From the NCBI RefSeq assembly GCF_000011805.1, contig NC_006841.2: a stretch of 32,000 bases of DNA; one strand, 5' to 3'. Below the pieces are notes generated by a model, which saw nothing but the letters and a program-made list of their open reading frames with translations, ran no database searches and was not told where the DNA came from. Numbering within the stretch: the first letter of the stretch is position 1; every line of letters starts with the position of its first letter. The position numbers and the translations under genes were made by a program. Shown piece by piece: positions 1 through 9,963 of the stretch. Origin of the DNA: Aliivibrio fischeri ES114 (GTDB lineage Bacteria; Pseudomonadota; Gammaproteobacteria; Enterobacterales; Vibrionaceae).

Positions 1-135
1 TGCTTCATTTAACTTTTCTTGCTGTTGTAAGCTTTGTGCCCTTTGCACTTTATTGGCTGTATATTTACTTAATTCAGCCGAATGTACATTCACAGCCCAC
101 GCAACTAACATGCTCATTAGTACTAATTTCTTCAT
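1..135 (-). CDS. 5' end of a secreted-protein gene directly downstream of tonB, at the position of the TtpD/TPR accessory gene of Vibrio TonB2 clusters. It continues beyond the window start.
   Basis: This gene is not in the ORF track. A minus-strand ATG at 135..133 overlaps the tonB stop (TGATGA). The frame stays open to base 1 and reads MKKLVLMSMLVAWAVNVHSAELSKYTANKVQRAQSLQQQEKLNEA, which looks like a signal peptide. The family assignment rests on synteny only. Confidence 0.5.
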   Translation of the reverse strand, partial: MKKLVLMSMLVAWAVNVHSAELSKYTANKVQRAQSLQQQEKLNEA

Positions 136-755
136 CATTCGGCTAATTTAAACTCCAATCTTACGGTTTGGTTTTGCTGAATAATCGCTTTTCCTTCGAC
201 CAACTTAGGCTGATATTTCCACTGTTTTAACGCACGCATTGCATCACGATCAAATAGTCGTTTTGGCTTTGCTTCTTGTACAGAAATCGCAAATGGCTTC
301 CCTGTTTCATCAATAGAGAATGACATAATCACATAACCTTCAATACGTCGTTTTAAAGCACGGCTTGGATATTTAGGCTCAACCCGATACAAAGGCATCG
401 CTTGTTGATTTGTTTTAAAACTTCCAAATGTTGGGGCGCTAATTTTTAAACCATTTATTGCGGTATCTAATCCAGATGAAGACATAGGTGTCACAGGCAT
501 CACTGAAGAAACTTCAGATTGAGACTGTGAAAGCTTTGCTTCTGGCGGCTGCTCTAATGGTTTAGGCTGCTCTGGTACAGAACGTTGGCGACGCTGTATC
601 TCACTTTCCGGTTCAACCATCATCATGGTAAAGCTTAACTGTTCACTTGCCTCTGGCTTTGCTTGATTACCATTATCAACCATCCATGCCATTAAAGAAA
701 ACAAAGCAATACTAATGGCAACAGCAATTGGCAACGCCATTAATAACCTAAACAT
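135..755 (-). CDS. tonB: Energy transducer TonB (TonB2-type)
   Basis: The 206-aa product has an N-terminal membrane anchor (LLMALPIAVAISIALFSLMAW), a Pro/Glu/Lys/Gln-rich spacer (PEQPKPLEQPPEAK) and a C-terminal TonB domain (YPSRALKRRIEGYVIMSFSIDETGKP). Its ATG overlaps the exbD stop (TAATG). Confidence 0.9.
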   Translation of the reverse strand: MFRLLMALPIAVAISIALFSLMAWMVDNGNQAKPEASEQLSFTMMMVEPESEIQRRQRSVPEQPKPLEQPPEAKLSQSQSEVSSVMPVTPMSSSGLDTAINGLKISAPTFGSFKTNQQAMPLYRVEPKYPSRALKRRIEGYVIMSFSIDETGKPFAISVQEAKPKRLFDRDAMRALKQWKYQPKLVEGKAIIQQNQTVRLEFKLAE

Positions 756-1159
756 TATCGCTTCTCCGCTGCTAATGCGATTTGCTTAACACCAGCACCT
801 TTTGCAGCATCCATTACTTTTACAACCGTTCCGTTATAAGCATGTTCGTCAGCTTGAATCACTAATGAGGCTTCAGGTTGCTCTAATAGCAAATGCTCAA
901 GAGTGGCTTGCACACGCTCTACGTCTACTACTCTCTTATCGATATAAATGTCATTTGATGAATTAATCGCAACAAATATGCCTGCGTCTTTCTGGCTAAC
1001 CACATTCGATGCTTCTGGTCGATTTACCTCAACCCCTGATTCACGTACAAACGAACTGGTTACAATGAAAAAGATCAACATAATAAATACGATATCCAAC
1101 ATGGAAGTAAGATCGATTTGTGCTTCTTCTGTTTTTGTATCACGTCTTCCGAGTCTCAT
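755..1159 (-). CDS. exbD: Biopolymer transport protein ExbD/TolR
   Basis: The 134-aa product starts with the typical ExbD motif (INLTSMLDIVFIMLIFFIV) followed by a periplasmic domain. Its start overlaps the exbB stop (ATGA). Confidence 0.9.
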   Translation of the reverse strand: MRLGRRDTKTEEAQIDLTSMLDIVFIMLIFFIVTSSFVRESGVEVNRPEASNVVSQKDAGIFVAINSSNDIYIDKRVVDVERVQATLEHLLLEQPEASLVIQADEHAYNGTVVKVMDAAKGAGVKQIALAAEKR

Positions 1160-1689
1160 TTCGGACTCCTTAATGATTTTTCAAGTTTTAATTCACGTAA
1201 ACGGCAGGTCTTTGAAAGTCGAGCGTGAACAAATAAGCCAGCTAGTGCTGCAACCATTCCAGCCATTGTAGGCAATGTCGCTAAAGAAATACCCGATGCC
1301 ATTAGCTTAGGCTGGCTACTGCCTAATGTTGCCATCACATCAAACACGGAAATCATTCCTGTTACTGTGCCTAATAATCCAAGCATTGGGCAAATTGACA
1401 CTAACCATTTAATAAAATTCAAATGCTGATTAAGTTCTATATGCGCTTGATTTAGCCAACTATCTCGAATTGCATGGGCATGCCAAGAATCATGCTCTTC
1501 ACGTTGATGCCATTGCGAGATCCATAATTGACGTCGCTTTGGAAAGTAAAAAAACAAGTAAATTACCCGCTCACCAACAAACAACCAACATACAATTACA
1601 ACAGCAGCAAGCCACCACAGAATGTGTCCGCCCTGCTCCATAAACTGCATTAAGGTATCAAGCCAATTATGTAGCCATGACACTGCCAT
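1156..1689 (-). CDS. exbB: MotA/TolQ/ExbB proton-channel protein (short ExbB)
   Basis: The 177-aa product carries the conserved ExbB C-terminal TM region (CPMLGLLGTVTGMISVF...LATLPTMAGMVAALAGLF). Its ATG overlaps the upstream stop (TAATG). Confidence 0.88.
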   Translation of the reverse strand: MAVSWLHNWLDTLMQFMEQGGHILWWLAAVVIVCWLFVGERVIYLFFYFPKRRQLWISQWHQREEHDSWHAHAIRDSWLNQAHIELNQHLNFIKWLVSICPMLGLLGTVTGMISVFDVMATLGSSQPKLMASGISLATLPTMAGMVAALAGLFVHARLSKTCRLRELKLEKSLRSPK

Positions 1690-3041
1690 TAGATCTCATT
1701 TCCTACAGTCGATTTTGCTTGTTGTTTTTCAGCTTGAATCGCCACTAAACCAATACCTTGTTTTTCTAAAATACTACGAACATTTTCAGCTTGAGTACTT
1801 AAGATATTGTGTGCAAATAGTAATGGCATTGCTGCGACTAAACCAAGAACAGTAGTAACAAGTGCCATGGATATTCCCCCAGCCATCACTTTAGGGTCAC
1901 CATTACCAAACTGAGTAATCACTTGGAAAGTTTCAATCATGCCTGTTACGGTTCCTAATAGCCCTAACATCGGTGCTAGTGCAGCAAGTAGCTTGAGCAT
2001 TGAAAGACCTTTTTCAAGTCCTTGCTGTTCATCGACTATCGCTTCTAATAGTCGTAATTCAAGAGACTCTACATTACGATGCTTTTCTTCATCATAAACA
2101 GATAAAATTCTTCCTAATGGGTTATCTGTAGGGGTTTCGGGTGTCTTTAACTGCTTTTTGATCTGCTGCTGTACAAGAGCAAGTTTACTTCCTCTAAATA
2201 TCGCAATAATTAAACCGATAACAAGTAAGGTAAGAATAATCTGACCAACTACACCACCTGCTTGTAATCTCTCAAATAAACTTGGCGTTAGTGCTAATTG
2301 ATCTAGCATAAAACCTCTTGAAGGATCGACAATCATAGTCTCGACATTTCCTTCTGACAGTTCAGATAGAGAGTTTAGCCTTGGTCCATTTTCAGGTTGT
2401 TTACTGTAATAAGTGGCGTCTTGACGTTTACCATCCCAATGTAAATAACCTTGCTCAGAGATTAAGCCAATAGAACCAATACGGTACGCCAACTGTGAAG
2501 CAATATTCCCTTCTCCATCAATCACCTTTACCTCTGATTCTTTTAGTTCAGCACTTGCTTGGATCTGCTCATTCATACTTAGCCATAGATCCGTTAACTG
2601 AGGTAACGTAGGTAATGTTTTTGCAGCAACGATGCTTGTGACCGCCTGCGAATATTGCGTGCTATCCGCTCCAGTAACACTAGTTTGGTTTTCACTTTCT
2701 AATTCTTTTGCCGCTTGTCTAACCACGCCAAATAGCTCACCTAAGCTCCCTGTATCTAAGCGTAGTTTTTCTTCTTGTTTAGCTAATTCACCTTCGTTTT
2801 TACTGAAAGTTTTAGCTAGCATATCGATTTGATTTTGAACCTTGCGTTTACGCTCTTCTAGCGCTTTCTTTTGAGCTAAGTATTCTTTCTCTGTTAATTT
2901 AAAACCAGACTCTCTTTGAGCATTATGTGTTGCTTGTTCTTTATTATGGGTTTGTGCACTCTTTGTTAACTCACTTTGAGCACTCGCAGTAAACGAAAGA
3001 CTTAATAAACCGATGCAAAGAAGTTTTACTACATAATTCAT
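1689..3041 (-). CDS. ttpC: Large MotA/TolQ/ExbB-family protein with a long periplasmic coiled-coil N-terminal region (TtpC-like component of TonB2 systems)
   Basis: The C-terminal ExbB-like channel motif is present (APMLGLLGTVTGMIETF...MALVTTVLGLVAAMPLLF). A signal peptide (MNYVVKLLCIGLLSLSFTASA) begins at the ATG at 3041. The ORF-track start at 3059 is a TTG inside the upstream gene. The ATG at 3041 lies 1 nt after the upstream TAA and has a GGAG about 11 nt upstream. Confidence 0.8.
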   Translation of the reverse strand: MNYVVKLLCIGLLSLSFTASAQSELTKSAQTHNKEQATHNAQRESGFKLTEKEYLAQKKALEERKRKVQNQIDMLAKTFSKNEGELAKQEEKLRLDTGSLGELFGVVRQAAKELESENQTSVTGADSTQYSQAVTSIVAAKTLPTLPQLTDLWLSMNEQIQASAELKESEVKVIDGEGNIASQLAYRIGSIGLISEQGYLHWDGKRQDATYYSKQPENGPRLNSLSELSEGNVETMIVDPSRGFMLDQLALTPSLFERLQAGGVVGQIILTLLVIGLIIAIFRGSKLALVQQQIKKQLKTPETPTDNPLGRILSVYDEEKHRNVESLELRLLEAIVDEQQGLEKGLSMLKLLAALAPMLGLLGTVTGMIETFQVITQFGNGDPKVMAGGISMALVTTVLGLVAAMPLLFAHNILSTQAENVRSILEKQGIGLVAIQAEKQQAKSTVGNEI

Positions 3042-3042
3042 T

Positions 3043-3804
3043 TTATTTCTTCTCCGCAATATTTAGTGATACAGGTAAAGTAAGCAAACTTGGGGCGATT
3101 TCTTTATTTGCTACCGCATAAGCTTTATCTAACTCAGAATTCAGCGAGGAATCTAATAAGACCCACGCTTTTGCTTTCTGATCCCAAGTCCAATATTTAT
3201 CTTGGTTAAAGTTACGCGCAATTAAGGATATGCGGCCTAAATAAAGGATATTTGCTTGAATTTTCTTACCATTATCAAAAGAAATTTCTCCCTGATAAAC
3301 TCCAAGCTTGGTCCCATAATCTAGCTCGATTTGATACGCCTCTAAAATACGACGATATTTCTCAGCATCGCTCACATTCGCAATGGTCATCATTGTTTCT
3401 AACTTTTCAATACGCTGATAACGTTGTTCTGCACGAAGTGGCTTGTCATTTTTAACCGTATTTTTCAAACCATCGATCATTTTATACATCAAAGGCACAA
3501 CACCTTGTCTTGTTTGCTCAATATCTGAAATTTGTTGATTAATGTTCTTTAATTCACGATGCTGATCATCAACTAACGCGGTTAAATGCTTACGATAAAC
3601 ATCTAAATTTTTTAACTCATCTTCTAGTTGTTCAATATCAGCTTGATATGACAGTGTATTATCTGCACTCTTATTGATACGCGTTTGGCTTTGAGATGCT
3701 TCGGTATTTGTTTTATTTTGAATTGCTTGAGCCGAGCTTAAATCACTCGCATTCGCGACTACCGTTTGGGTTATTGCTATCAACAACAATGCTTTTTTCA
3801 TCAT
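3043..3804 (-). CDS. ttpB: DUF3450-type periplasmic coiled-coil protein (TtpB-like first gene of the TonB2 cluster)
   Basis: The product has a signal peptide (MMKKALLLIAITQTVVANA), a coiled-coil region, and sits upstream of the ttpC-like gene. The track start at 3810 is a TTG. I prefer the ATG at 3804, with another ATG at 3801 also possible. Confidence 0.7.
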   Translation of the reverse strand: MMKKALLLIAITQTVVANASDLSSAQAIQNKTNTEASQSQTRINKSADNTLSYQADIEQLEDELKNLDVYRKHLTALVDDQHRELKNINQQISDIEQTRQGVVPLMYKMIDGLKNTVKNDKPLRAEQRYQRIEKLETMMTIANVSDAEKYRRILEAYQIELDYGTKLGVYQGEISFDNGKKIQANILYLGRISLIARNFNQDKYWTWDQKAKAWVLLDSSLNSELDKAYAVANKEIAPSLLTLPVSLNIAEKK

Positions 3805-3876
3805 AATCAAATTCTTTATTAAAAATAGTTTAGCTACTACCTTTACAGGTTAGCCATGAGTGAACTCTATAAGTCC

Positions 3877-5892
3877 TTAATATTTAGAACGCTGCCCTTT
3901 TATCAGCAAACCAATAAAATACAGCCCTCCGATCACTGAAACTAATGTTCCGGCAGCTATTTGGGATGGGAACAAAATATGCTGACCGAACCAATCCGCA
4001 ATAATCATTAATAATGCTCCAATCAATGCCGCAACAATGATTTGTTCTTTGGCTTTTTTAGCGCCTAAAATAACCGCCATATGAGGAGCCAATAAGCCAA
4101 TAAAAGCAACAGGCCCCATGGTAGCAGTAACCGCACCACAAAGTAATGCAACACAAATAAGCAATGCGATAAAACTCTTAGTTACGCTTAATCCTCTCGC
4201 TTGTGCAAACAACCGTCCTGCTGAAATTAACGTTAACCAGCGATGTGTCAGCAAAGCAAACATCAGTAATAAAACGATACAAACAAACAATATCAACGCT
4301 GATTGCGCCGATACTCGATACGTAGAACCTGCAAGCCAATTAAGCAAAATGTACGAATCTTCATTCCCCTTGGCTAATGAGAACTGAACTAACGCATCAA
4401 TTAAGGCTGTTAATGCTATCCCTGTTAAAATCAGCATAGAGGGAGCATACCCATGTCGTTTACCTAAAATTAGTAGCAAAACTAAAACCGTTAAACTTCC
4501 ACAAAAGGCAACTAATGGTGCAGCCTCAAAAATATTAAATCCTAAGAAAACACTACCGCCAATCAGTGCAAAAGTTGCTCCCGCAGAAATTCCCAAAATA
4601 TCAGGGCTCGCTAACGGATTATAAATCAGTCTTTGCAACAACACTCCTGCAACCGCTAAACCAGAGCCTGCAGATAATGCAGTTAATAATCTTGGCCACT
4701 TCAACTCCCAACTAAATTCACTTGGAATAAGAACTGTCCATGGATGAAGTGTTTGAGTCGAATCTTTTGTTACTATCACGGCCAAAAATAACACCACAAT
4801 TAAACCAAAGCCCAACGAAGGAATTAGCCATATTGGTAATATTGATTTTCCTTTTGGCAAGCTAATCGACAATTGATCTTGTGAACTCATGGTTCGACGT
4901 GTAAACCAAATCAATGCGGGCGCTCCAATCAACGCTGCCGCTGTTCCGCTTGGTACAATATCAGTTGTGTATTGGCTGATAATACTAGCTAAAAGATCAG
5001 TACCAACTAAAAGAGTTACCCCTAATAACAAACTAAAAAACAATTCATCTCTTGGGGTTCTTGCTCCTAGATGACGAGCAATATTCGGGGCTAATAAACC
5101 GATAAAACTAATTACCCCCACCGTTGTTATTGACGAAGCGACTAACCACAAGCCTAAGGCAAACAGTCCAAAGAAAGCAGGGATAACATTTAAACCACGA
5201 GCGGCAGCACCTACATTACCTAATCGTAGTAACGCAAGAATTCTTGGGGCAAAAACAAATATAAGTAGAGAAACAGAAAGTTTAGGAAGTAACCATTGCA
5301 CTTGCTCCCATCCATTTTGAGCTAAATCACCAGCTCCCCAAATAAACAAATTCTTCGCATACTGATCATTTAGTAAAATAATTGCCGTCGCTACTGCACC
5401 CAGGAAAATATTAACTGCCATACCAGAGAGTACAATTGGTAGCCCAGATAAATTATTAACTCCGGCGATCGCAACAACCAATGCAAAAGTAATTAAGGCA
5501 CCAAATAATGCAGCTATTGAAGCATAATCTGCAACATAGTCAGCAAACCATACATTCATTACAACGAGCGCTAACCATGCACCAGAAGCCGCACCTAACG
5601 TCATTGGCGACACAAGTGAGTTTTGAGTTAATTGTTGCATCAAACTACCCACTAAGCCCAACATCCCTCCAATTAAAATAGCCATTACCAAACGTGGTAA
5701 TTGTGATTCAATAAAAATTATCTTATCAAAATCATCTAATGAAGAAGGGTTACTAATGACTTGTAGTATCGCATCAATTTGTTGAGGCAAACTCAACGTT
5801 GCATTCCATTGAAATGACATCCACACAACAAGAAATAGCGAAATAAAAGCCAATAAATATCTAATGGGAGTGGTAATAAATGAATTAGGCAT
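3877..5892 (-). CDS. fhuB: Fused double-module Fe3+-siderophore (hydroxamate-type) ABC transporter permease
   Basis: The 671-aa polytopic membrane protein consists of two tandem FecCD-family halves, and the motif GxxGLLAPxxARxLG occurs twice. It sits next to the matching binding-protein and ATPase genes. Confidence 0.88.
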   Translation of the reverse strand: MPNSFITTPIRYLLAFISLFLVVWMSFQWNATLSLPQQIDAILQVISNPSSLDDFDKIIFIESQLPRLVMAILIGGMLGLVGSLMQQLTQNSLVSPMTLGAASGAWLALVVMNVWFADYVADYASIAALFGALITFALVVAIAGVNNLSGLPIVLSGMAVNIFLGAVATAIILLNDQYAKNLFIWGAGDLAQNGWEQVQWLLPKLSVSLLIFVFAPRILALLRLGNVGAAARGLNVIPAFFGLFALGLWLVASSITTVGVISFIGLLAPNIARHLGARTPRDELFFSLLLGVTLLVGTDLLASIISQYTTDIVPSGTAAALIGAPALIWFTRRTMSSQDQLSISLPKGKSILPIWLIPSLGFGLIVVLFLAVIVTKDSTQTLHPWTVLIPSEFSWELKWPRLLTALSAGSGLAVAGVLLQRLIYNPLASPDILGISAGATFALIGGSVFLGFNIFEAAPLVAFCGSLTVLVLLLILGKRHGYAPSMLILTGIALTALIDALVQFSLAKGNEDSYILLNWLAGSTYRVSAQSALILFVCIVLLLMFALLTHRWLTLISAGRLFAQARGLSVTKSFIALLICVALLCGAVTATMGPVAFIGLLAPHMAVILGAKKAKEQIIVAALIGALLMIIADWFGQHILFPSQIAAGTLVSVIGGLYFIGLLIKGQRSKY

Positions 5893-5894
5893 AA

Positions 5895-6839
5895 TTACTT
5901 AACACTATTGCTCAACATTTTTGATTGAGGTGCTATCTCTAGCAAACTTTTAGCCAGTGCCTTTGCAGTATATTTAATCGACATTGCCCCACCATAACTC
6001 CAAACTGGTTCAACACTGCTAACCTTATTTACTTTAACGAAAGGCATCGCATTCCAAATTACTGATTTATCTAATTTGCTTTCTTCATTAAAAGGCTCGA
6101 TATACAACGCTATACCATCATTAACTTTTCTGAGTTCAGGTAATCGAATTTGAGTTACTCCCCATTGAGTACTCTTTTGAGGAATCGCACTTTCAAATCC
6201 AAGCAAATTTAAAGCATATTGAGCGGTTGAATTATCACCATAAAGATAAACAGAAGTCATATTTGCAAAACGAAACAAGGCTACTTTTGGCATTTTGGTT
6301 CCGTAAGCTTCGGCAAGTTGTTGCTTTAGTTGCGCTATCTCAACATCCATTTCAACTAATTTTTTCTGTGCTTCAGCTTCTTTTCCTAATACGACAGCAA
6401 TAGCTTTAAAGTTATTAACTGCCATCAAACTATTATCATGATTTTCTGAATAAGTGTGAAAATACAAAACAGGTGCTATTTTTTCTAATTGAGGAATTAA
6501 ATCCGCTTGAGGTGAAGCGACCAAAATAACATCTGGGTTTACTGCTGCAATCTTTTCAAAGTTAGGTTCTGCACGCATACCTACATCTTGCACATCACTT
6601 GGTATATCAGGTTGCACAACCCATTCTTTATATCCGGCAATATCGGTTACTGCCACAGGAGTAACACCAAGCTCTAGAACTTGTTCTGCGATATCCCAAT
6701 TTAATGCGACTACTCTTTTAGGCACAGATTCTAAAACTTGCTCTCCTCTACTGTCTTGCACCACAAACTGAGCCATTGCCATGTGACTAAACAAAACAAT
6801 AAAAAGAGAGGCAATAATGGAAGTGAGATTTTTCAACAT
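5895..6839 (-). CDS. fhuD: Periplasmic iron-siderophore binding protein (FhuD/cluster-A-II SBP)
   Basis: The 314-aa product has a signal peptide (LFIVLFSHMAMA) and SBP features (RVVALNWDIAEQVLELGVTP, PDVILV). Its start overlaps the 3' end of fhuC by 7 nt. Confidence 0.8.
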   Translation of the reverse strand: MLKNLTSIIASLFIVLFSHMAMAQFVVQDSRGEQVLESVPKRVVALNWDIAEQVLELGVTPVAVTDIAGYKEWVVQPDIPSDVQDVGMRAEPNFEKIAAVNPDVILVASPQADLIPQLEKIAPVLYFHTYSENHDNSLMAVNNFKAIAVVLGKEAEAQKKLVEMDVEIAQLKQQLAEAYGTKMPKVALFRFANMTSVYLYGDNSTAQYALNLLGFESAIPQKSTQWGVTQIRLPELRKVNDGIALYIEPFNEESKLDKSVIWNAMPFVKVNKVSSVEPVWSYGGAMSIKYTAKALAKSLLEIAPQSKMLSNSVK

Positions 6840-7600
6840 ACGATAGCTACTTTGTGGTTGTGTTCAGGATGATCGATAAGTTTGATAGATGTGGTATATA
6901 AATCGGATAATAGTGTCTCATCAAGTAAATGATGAGCTTTACCATGAAACGCAATGTCTCCACTTTTTAAGGCAATGATATCGGTGGCATAACGCAAGGT
7001 TAAATTTAAATCATGCAGAATAACAATGATGCCTTTTCCTGTTTTTTGATTCAAATCGCTCAGTAATTCCATTAATTGGTATTGATGATGGATATCCAAG
7101 GCTGACGTTGGCTCATCCAAAATTAAAATATCTGATTGCTGAGCAAGTAACATTGCAACCCAAGCGCGCTGTCTTTCTCCACCAGATAATTGATTCGCTA
7201 AAGTATTACGAAATTCGTTTACACCAGTTTTAAGCATTGAGTCTTCAATAATTACTGCATCATCTTTATTAAAACGACCAAGTACGCCACGCCAAGGATA
7301 TCGACCTAAACGCACTAGCTCTTCAACATTAAGCCCTGCTACTTCAGGTAACTTTTGGGGCAGAAATGCCACTTTTTTAGCAAACTCTTTAGCGTTTAAT
7401 GCCGTTAATTTTTGTTGGTTTAGCATGACTTCTCCTTCTTCAGGAGCAAATTGGTTCGCCAACAAATTAACCAATGTCGATTTCCCTGAGCCATTGTGTC
7501 CAAGAACAACGGTCAATGCATTTGGATCTATGGTTAGATCTTCCACATTCAAAATAACTCGTTCTTCTCTAACGACTTTAACGTCTTTTAATTGATACAT
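6833..7600 (-). CDS. fhuC: Iron-siderophore ABC transporter ATP-binding protein
   Basis: Walker A (GHNGSGKST), ABC signature (LSGGERQR), Walker B (ILILDEPTSALD) and an H-loop (ILHDLN) are all present. Confidence 0.9.
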   Translation of the reverse strand: MYQLKDVKVVREERVILNVEDLTIDPNALTVVLGHNGSGKSTLVNLLANQFAPEEGEVMLNQQKLTALNAKEFAKKVAFLPQKLPEVAGLNVEELVRLGRYPWRGVLGRFNKDDAVIIEDSMLKTGVNEFRNTLANQLSGGERQRAWVAMLLAQQSDILILDEPTSALDIHHQYQLMELLSDLNQKTGKGIIVILHDLNLTLRYATDIIALKSGDIAFHGKAHHLLDETLLSDLYTTSIKLIDHPEHNHKVAIVC

Positions 7601-7663
7601 GCTTTCTTCTTCAATAAGCTTAGCTAATACTTATATTATTCTCTGTTAAATAAAATGCAGAAA

Positions 7664-7690
7664 AGAAGTACGCAAGAGCCACGTACTTCT
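7664..7690 (-). terminator. Hairpin after the receptor gene (partial or internal terminator ahead of fhuC)
   Basis: AGAAGTACG (7664-7672) pairs with CGTACTTCT (7682-7690). On the minus strand the stem is followed by TTTCTGCATTTTA. Confidence 0.55.
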
Positions 7691-7713
7691 CTCTATTTTT
7701 AAATCAAGTTCAC

Positions 7714-9912
7714 TTAGAAGTTATAATTAATGCTCAGTTCAACGGTTTGTTCTGCACCGTACCAGCAGTTTGCTGAATCGTAACAGCTATAATATTCAGT
7801 ATTAAACAAGTTAGTCGCACTCAATTGAGCCGTTGCCCCTGTTAATGATTCACTGATCCCATCAAGCTCATAACCAATAGAAACATCAGCAAGCGTATAA
7901 TCTGGTACTTTGTCCGTATTGGCTGCATCCATTTCCATTTCACCTACGTAGCGTAAGCCACCACTGATACGCGTTCCAGTTAAGATACCATCATAAATGT
8001 AGTAGTTAGACCATAAGCTCGCCGCATGTGTTGGCACATAGATAGGTGTTTTACCTTCAGAGTTATATGTATCATCTTCGGTAATCTCCATGTCTATATA
8101 GGTGTAGTTAGCAGCAATATCCCAACTATCACTAATCATCCATTGACCTTGAAGCTCTATACCGCGAGAACGGATTTCACCAATTTGCAATTGAGGATTA
8201 TATGCATCAGTAGGATCAGCCATCATGGCATCACTTTTAGTAATGTTAAATAAAGATGCTGAAGCTACTTTTGTATAATCTGAAGATTCATACTTAACAC
8301 CAACTTCTACTTGCTCACCTAGTTCAGGTTTATACGAATTACCTTGAGCGTCCAAACCAGCAACAGGTTCAAAACTCGTTGCATAACTAATAAATGGTGA
8401 GAAACCACTTTCTAGCTCATATAAAGCGCCGACACGATAAGAGAACTGGCTTTGGCTAGCTTTATCATTTTTACTATAATCATACCAAACACCTTTATCT
8501 TCATATTTTCCTCTATAGTCACTATCAGATGTAAACTTATCGTATCTACCGCCAGCAATTAACACTAGTCGCTCTATACGCACTTGGTCTTGAAAATAAA
8601 CACCTGTTTGTTCAATACCGATTTCATCTTTATAATCAGCAGTATTCGACAGCTGCCCTCTATCTATCATATTGTTATTTGGGTTGAATATATTGAAATC
8701 ACCAAATTGACTTGTTTTACCAAACTCTTTATAACGTGAATCGCCATCAAGTTTCTGATAATCAATACCAAACAATAAATTATGCTCAACACTTCCAACC
8801 ATCACTCGACCTGATAGCTGGTTATCAATAGTATAACCAATTGAATTTTCATCGGTACTATATATGCTTCGATCTAAAACTCCTGTAGATGGATCAAAGT
8901 CTTGTGTATAAGCATTTTGAATATGATAGGTATTTTCTTGGTACAACGACGCATTCATATAACGGAAATTTTGTAAGAACGACCAATTATTATTGAATTC
9001 ATGGTTGATCTTATAGCCAGCCATAAAAAATTCACGTTCAAACGTACTCCAATTTTTATCACCTACAAATGTAGACGGATCTGTACTTCCATTTGGGTTA
9101 TCGTAAATCATGCCTGAAGCTGGCATTGCAGAGTTCATACCCATTGACGGGTCATTTTGATAATACATATTGAAGTTAATTAATGTACGATCACTAACTT
9201 GCCAATCAACCGACGGAGCTATTACATAACGCTCTTCTTCTGTGTAATCAACTTGACCGTCTTTTTGACGTGCTAATGCAATAAAACGATATGAAAAATC
9301 ACTGTCACCAAATTGACCAGTTGTATCAATAGAAGCTTCCACTAAATTACCAGTACCCGTCGCAACTTTTACGTCTGTACTTTTTTCTTTTTGTGGTGTC
9401 TTAGCAATCATGTTTACCATGCCACCAGGTGGCATAGAACCGTACAAAACTGACGTTGGACCTTTAAAAACTTCAATTTGCTGAATCGCAATTGGATCAA
9501 TTTGTGGCTGTAAATTCCATCCATTTAAATATTGCAGAACCAAACCATCATAATAACTTTGGTTTACATCAAAGCCTCGAATGTTAAACGTATCGTACAT
9601 CGTCACCGCACCGCCCTTTTGTTCAGTGGTTACGCCAGGTACATAACGTAATGCTTCATTCAAAGATTTAACACTGCGTTGTTCTAATACTTCACCATCA
9701 AGTACAGTGATCCCTTGTGGGGTTTCTTCTGGTTCTAAAGATGTTTTGGTTGCTGTATTACGGTAGGCTTGACCAAATATTGAAATGGTTTCAACATCAT
9801 CAGAAGCACTATCATCGTTAGCCATTGCTGAAATAGGAAATAGAAAAGATGAAGCAATTGCTGTTGCCAAAAGGGTGACATTAAATTTTGAATATTCTGT
9901 AGATACGTTCAT
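7714..9912 (-). CDS. TonB-dependent outer-membrane ferric-siderophore receptor (hydroxamate/FhuA-FhuE-like class)
   Basis: The product has a signal peptide (MNVSTEYSKFNVTLLATAIASSFLFPISAMA), a TonB box (ETISIFG), a plug domain (TPQGITVLDG...LRYVPGV) and a terminal beta-barrel ending in F. I prefer the start at the ATG at 9912 because AGGA lies 7 nt upstream. The track start at 9948 falls inside the Fur box. Confidence 0.9.
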   Translation of the reverse strand: MNVSTEYSKFNVTLLATAIASSFLFPISAMANDDSASDDVETISIFGQAYRNTATKTSLEPEETPQGITVLDGEVLEQRSVKSLNEALRYVPGVTTEQKGGAVTMYDTFNIRGFDVNQSYYDGLVLQYLNGWNLQPQIDPIAIQQIEVFKGPTSVLYGSMPPGGMVNMIAKTPQKEKSTDVKVATGTGNLVEASIDTTGQFGDSDFSYRFIALARQKDGQVDYTEEERYVIAPSVDWQVSDRTLINFNMYYQNDPSMGMNSAMPASGMIYDNPNGSTDPSTFVGDKNWSTFEREFFMAGYKINHEFNNNWSFLQNFRYMNASLYQENTYHIQNAYTQDFDPSTGVLDRSIYSTDENSIGYTIDNQLSGRVMVGSVEHNLLFGIDYQKLDGDSRYKEFGKTSQFGDFNIFNPNNNMIDRGQLSNTADYKDEIGIEQTGVYFQDQVRIERLVLIAGGRYDKFTSDSDYRGKYEDKGVWYDYSKNDKASQSQFSYRVGALYELESGFSPFISYATSFEPVAGLDAQGNSYKPELGEQVEVGVKYESSDYTKVASASLFNITKSDAMMADPTDAYNPQLQIGEIRSRGIELQGQWMISDSWDIAANYTYIDMEITEDDTYNSEGKTPIYVPTHAASLWSNYYIYDGILTGTRISGGLRYVGEMEMDAANTDKVPDYTLADVSIGYELDGISESLTGATAQLSATNLFNTEYYSCYDSANCWYGAEQTVELSINYNF

Positions 9913-9944
9913 TATAATCCTGCTTACAACGCTTAAATCAAAAT

Positions 9945-9963
9945 GCAAATGAGAATGATTCTC
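9945..9963 (-). promoter_or_regulatory. Fur box in the receptor promoter
   Basis: GCAAATGAGAATGATTCTC matches the 19-bp consensus GATAATGATAATCATTATC at 14 of 19 positions (counted by hand). A minus-strand TATACT -10 element lies at 9978..9973. A second ATAATGAT-containing partial site lies at 9974-9988. Confidence 0.65.
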
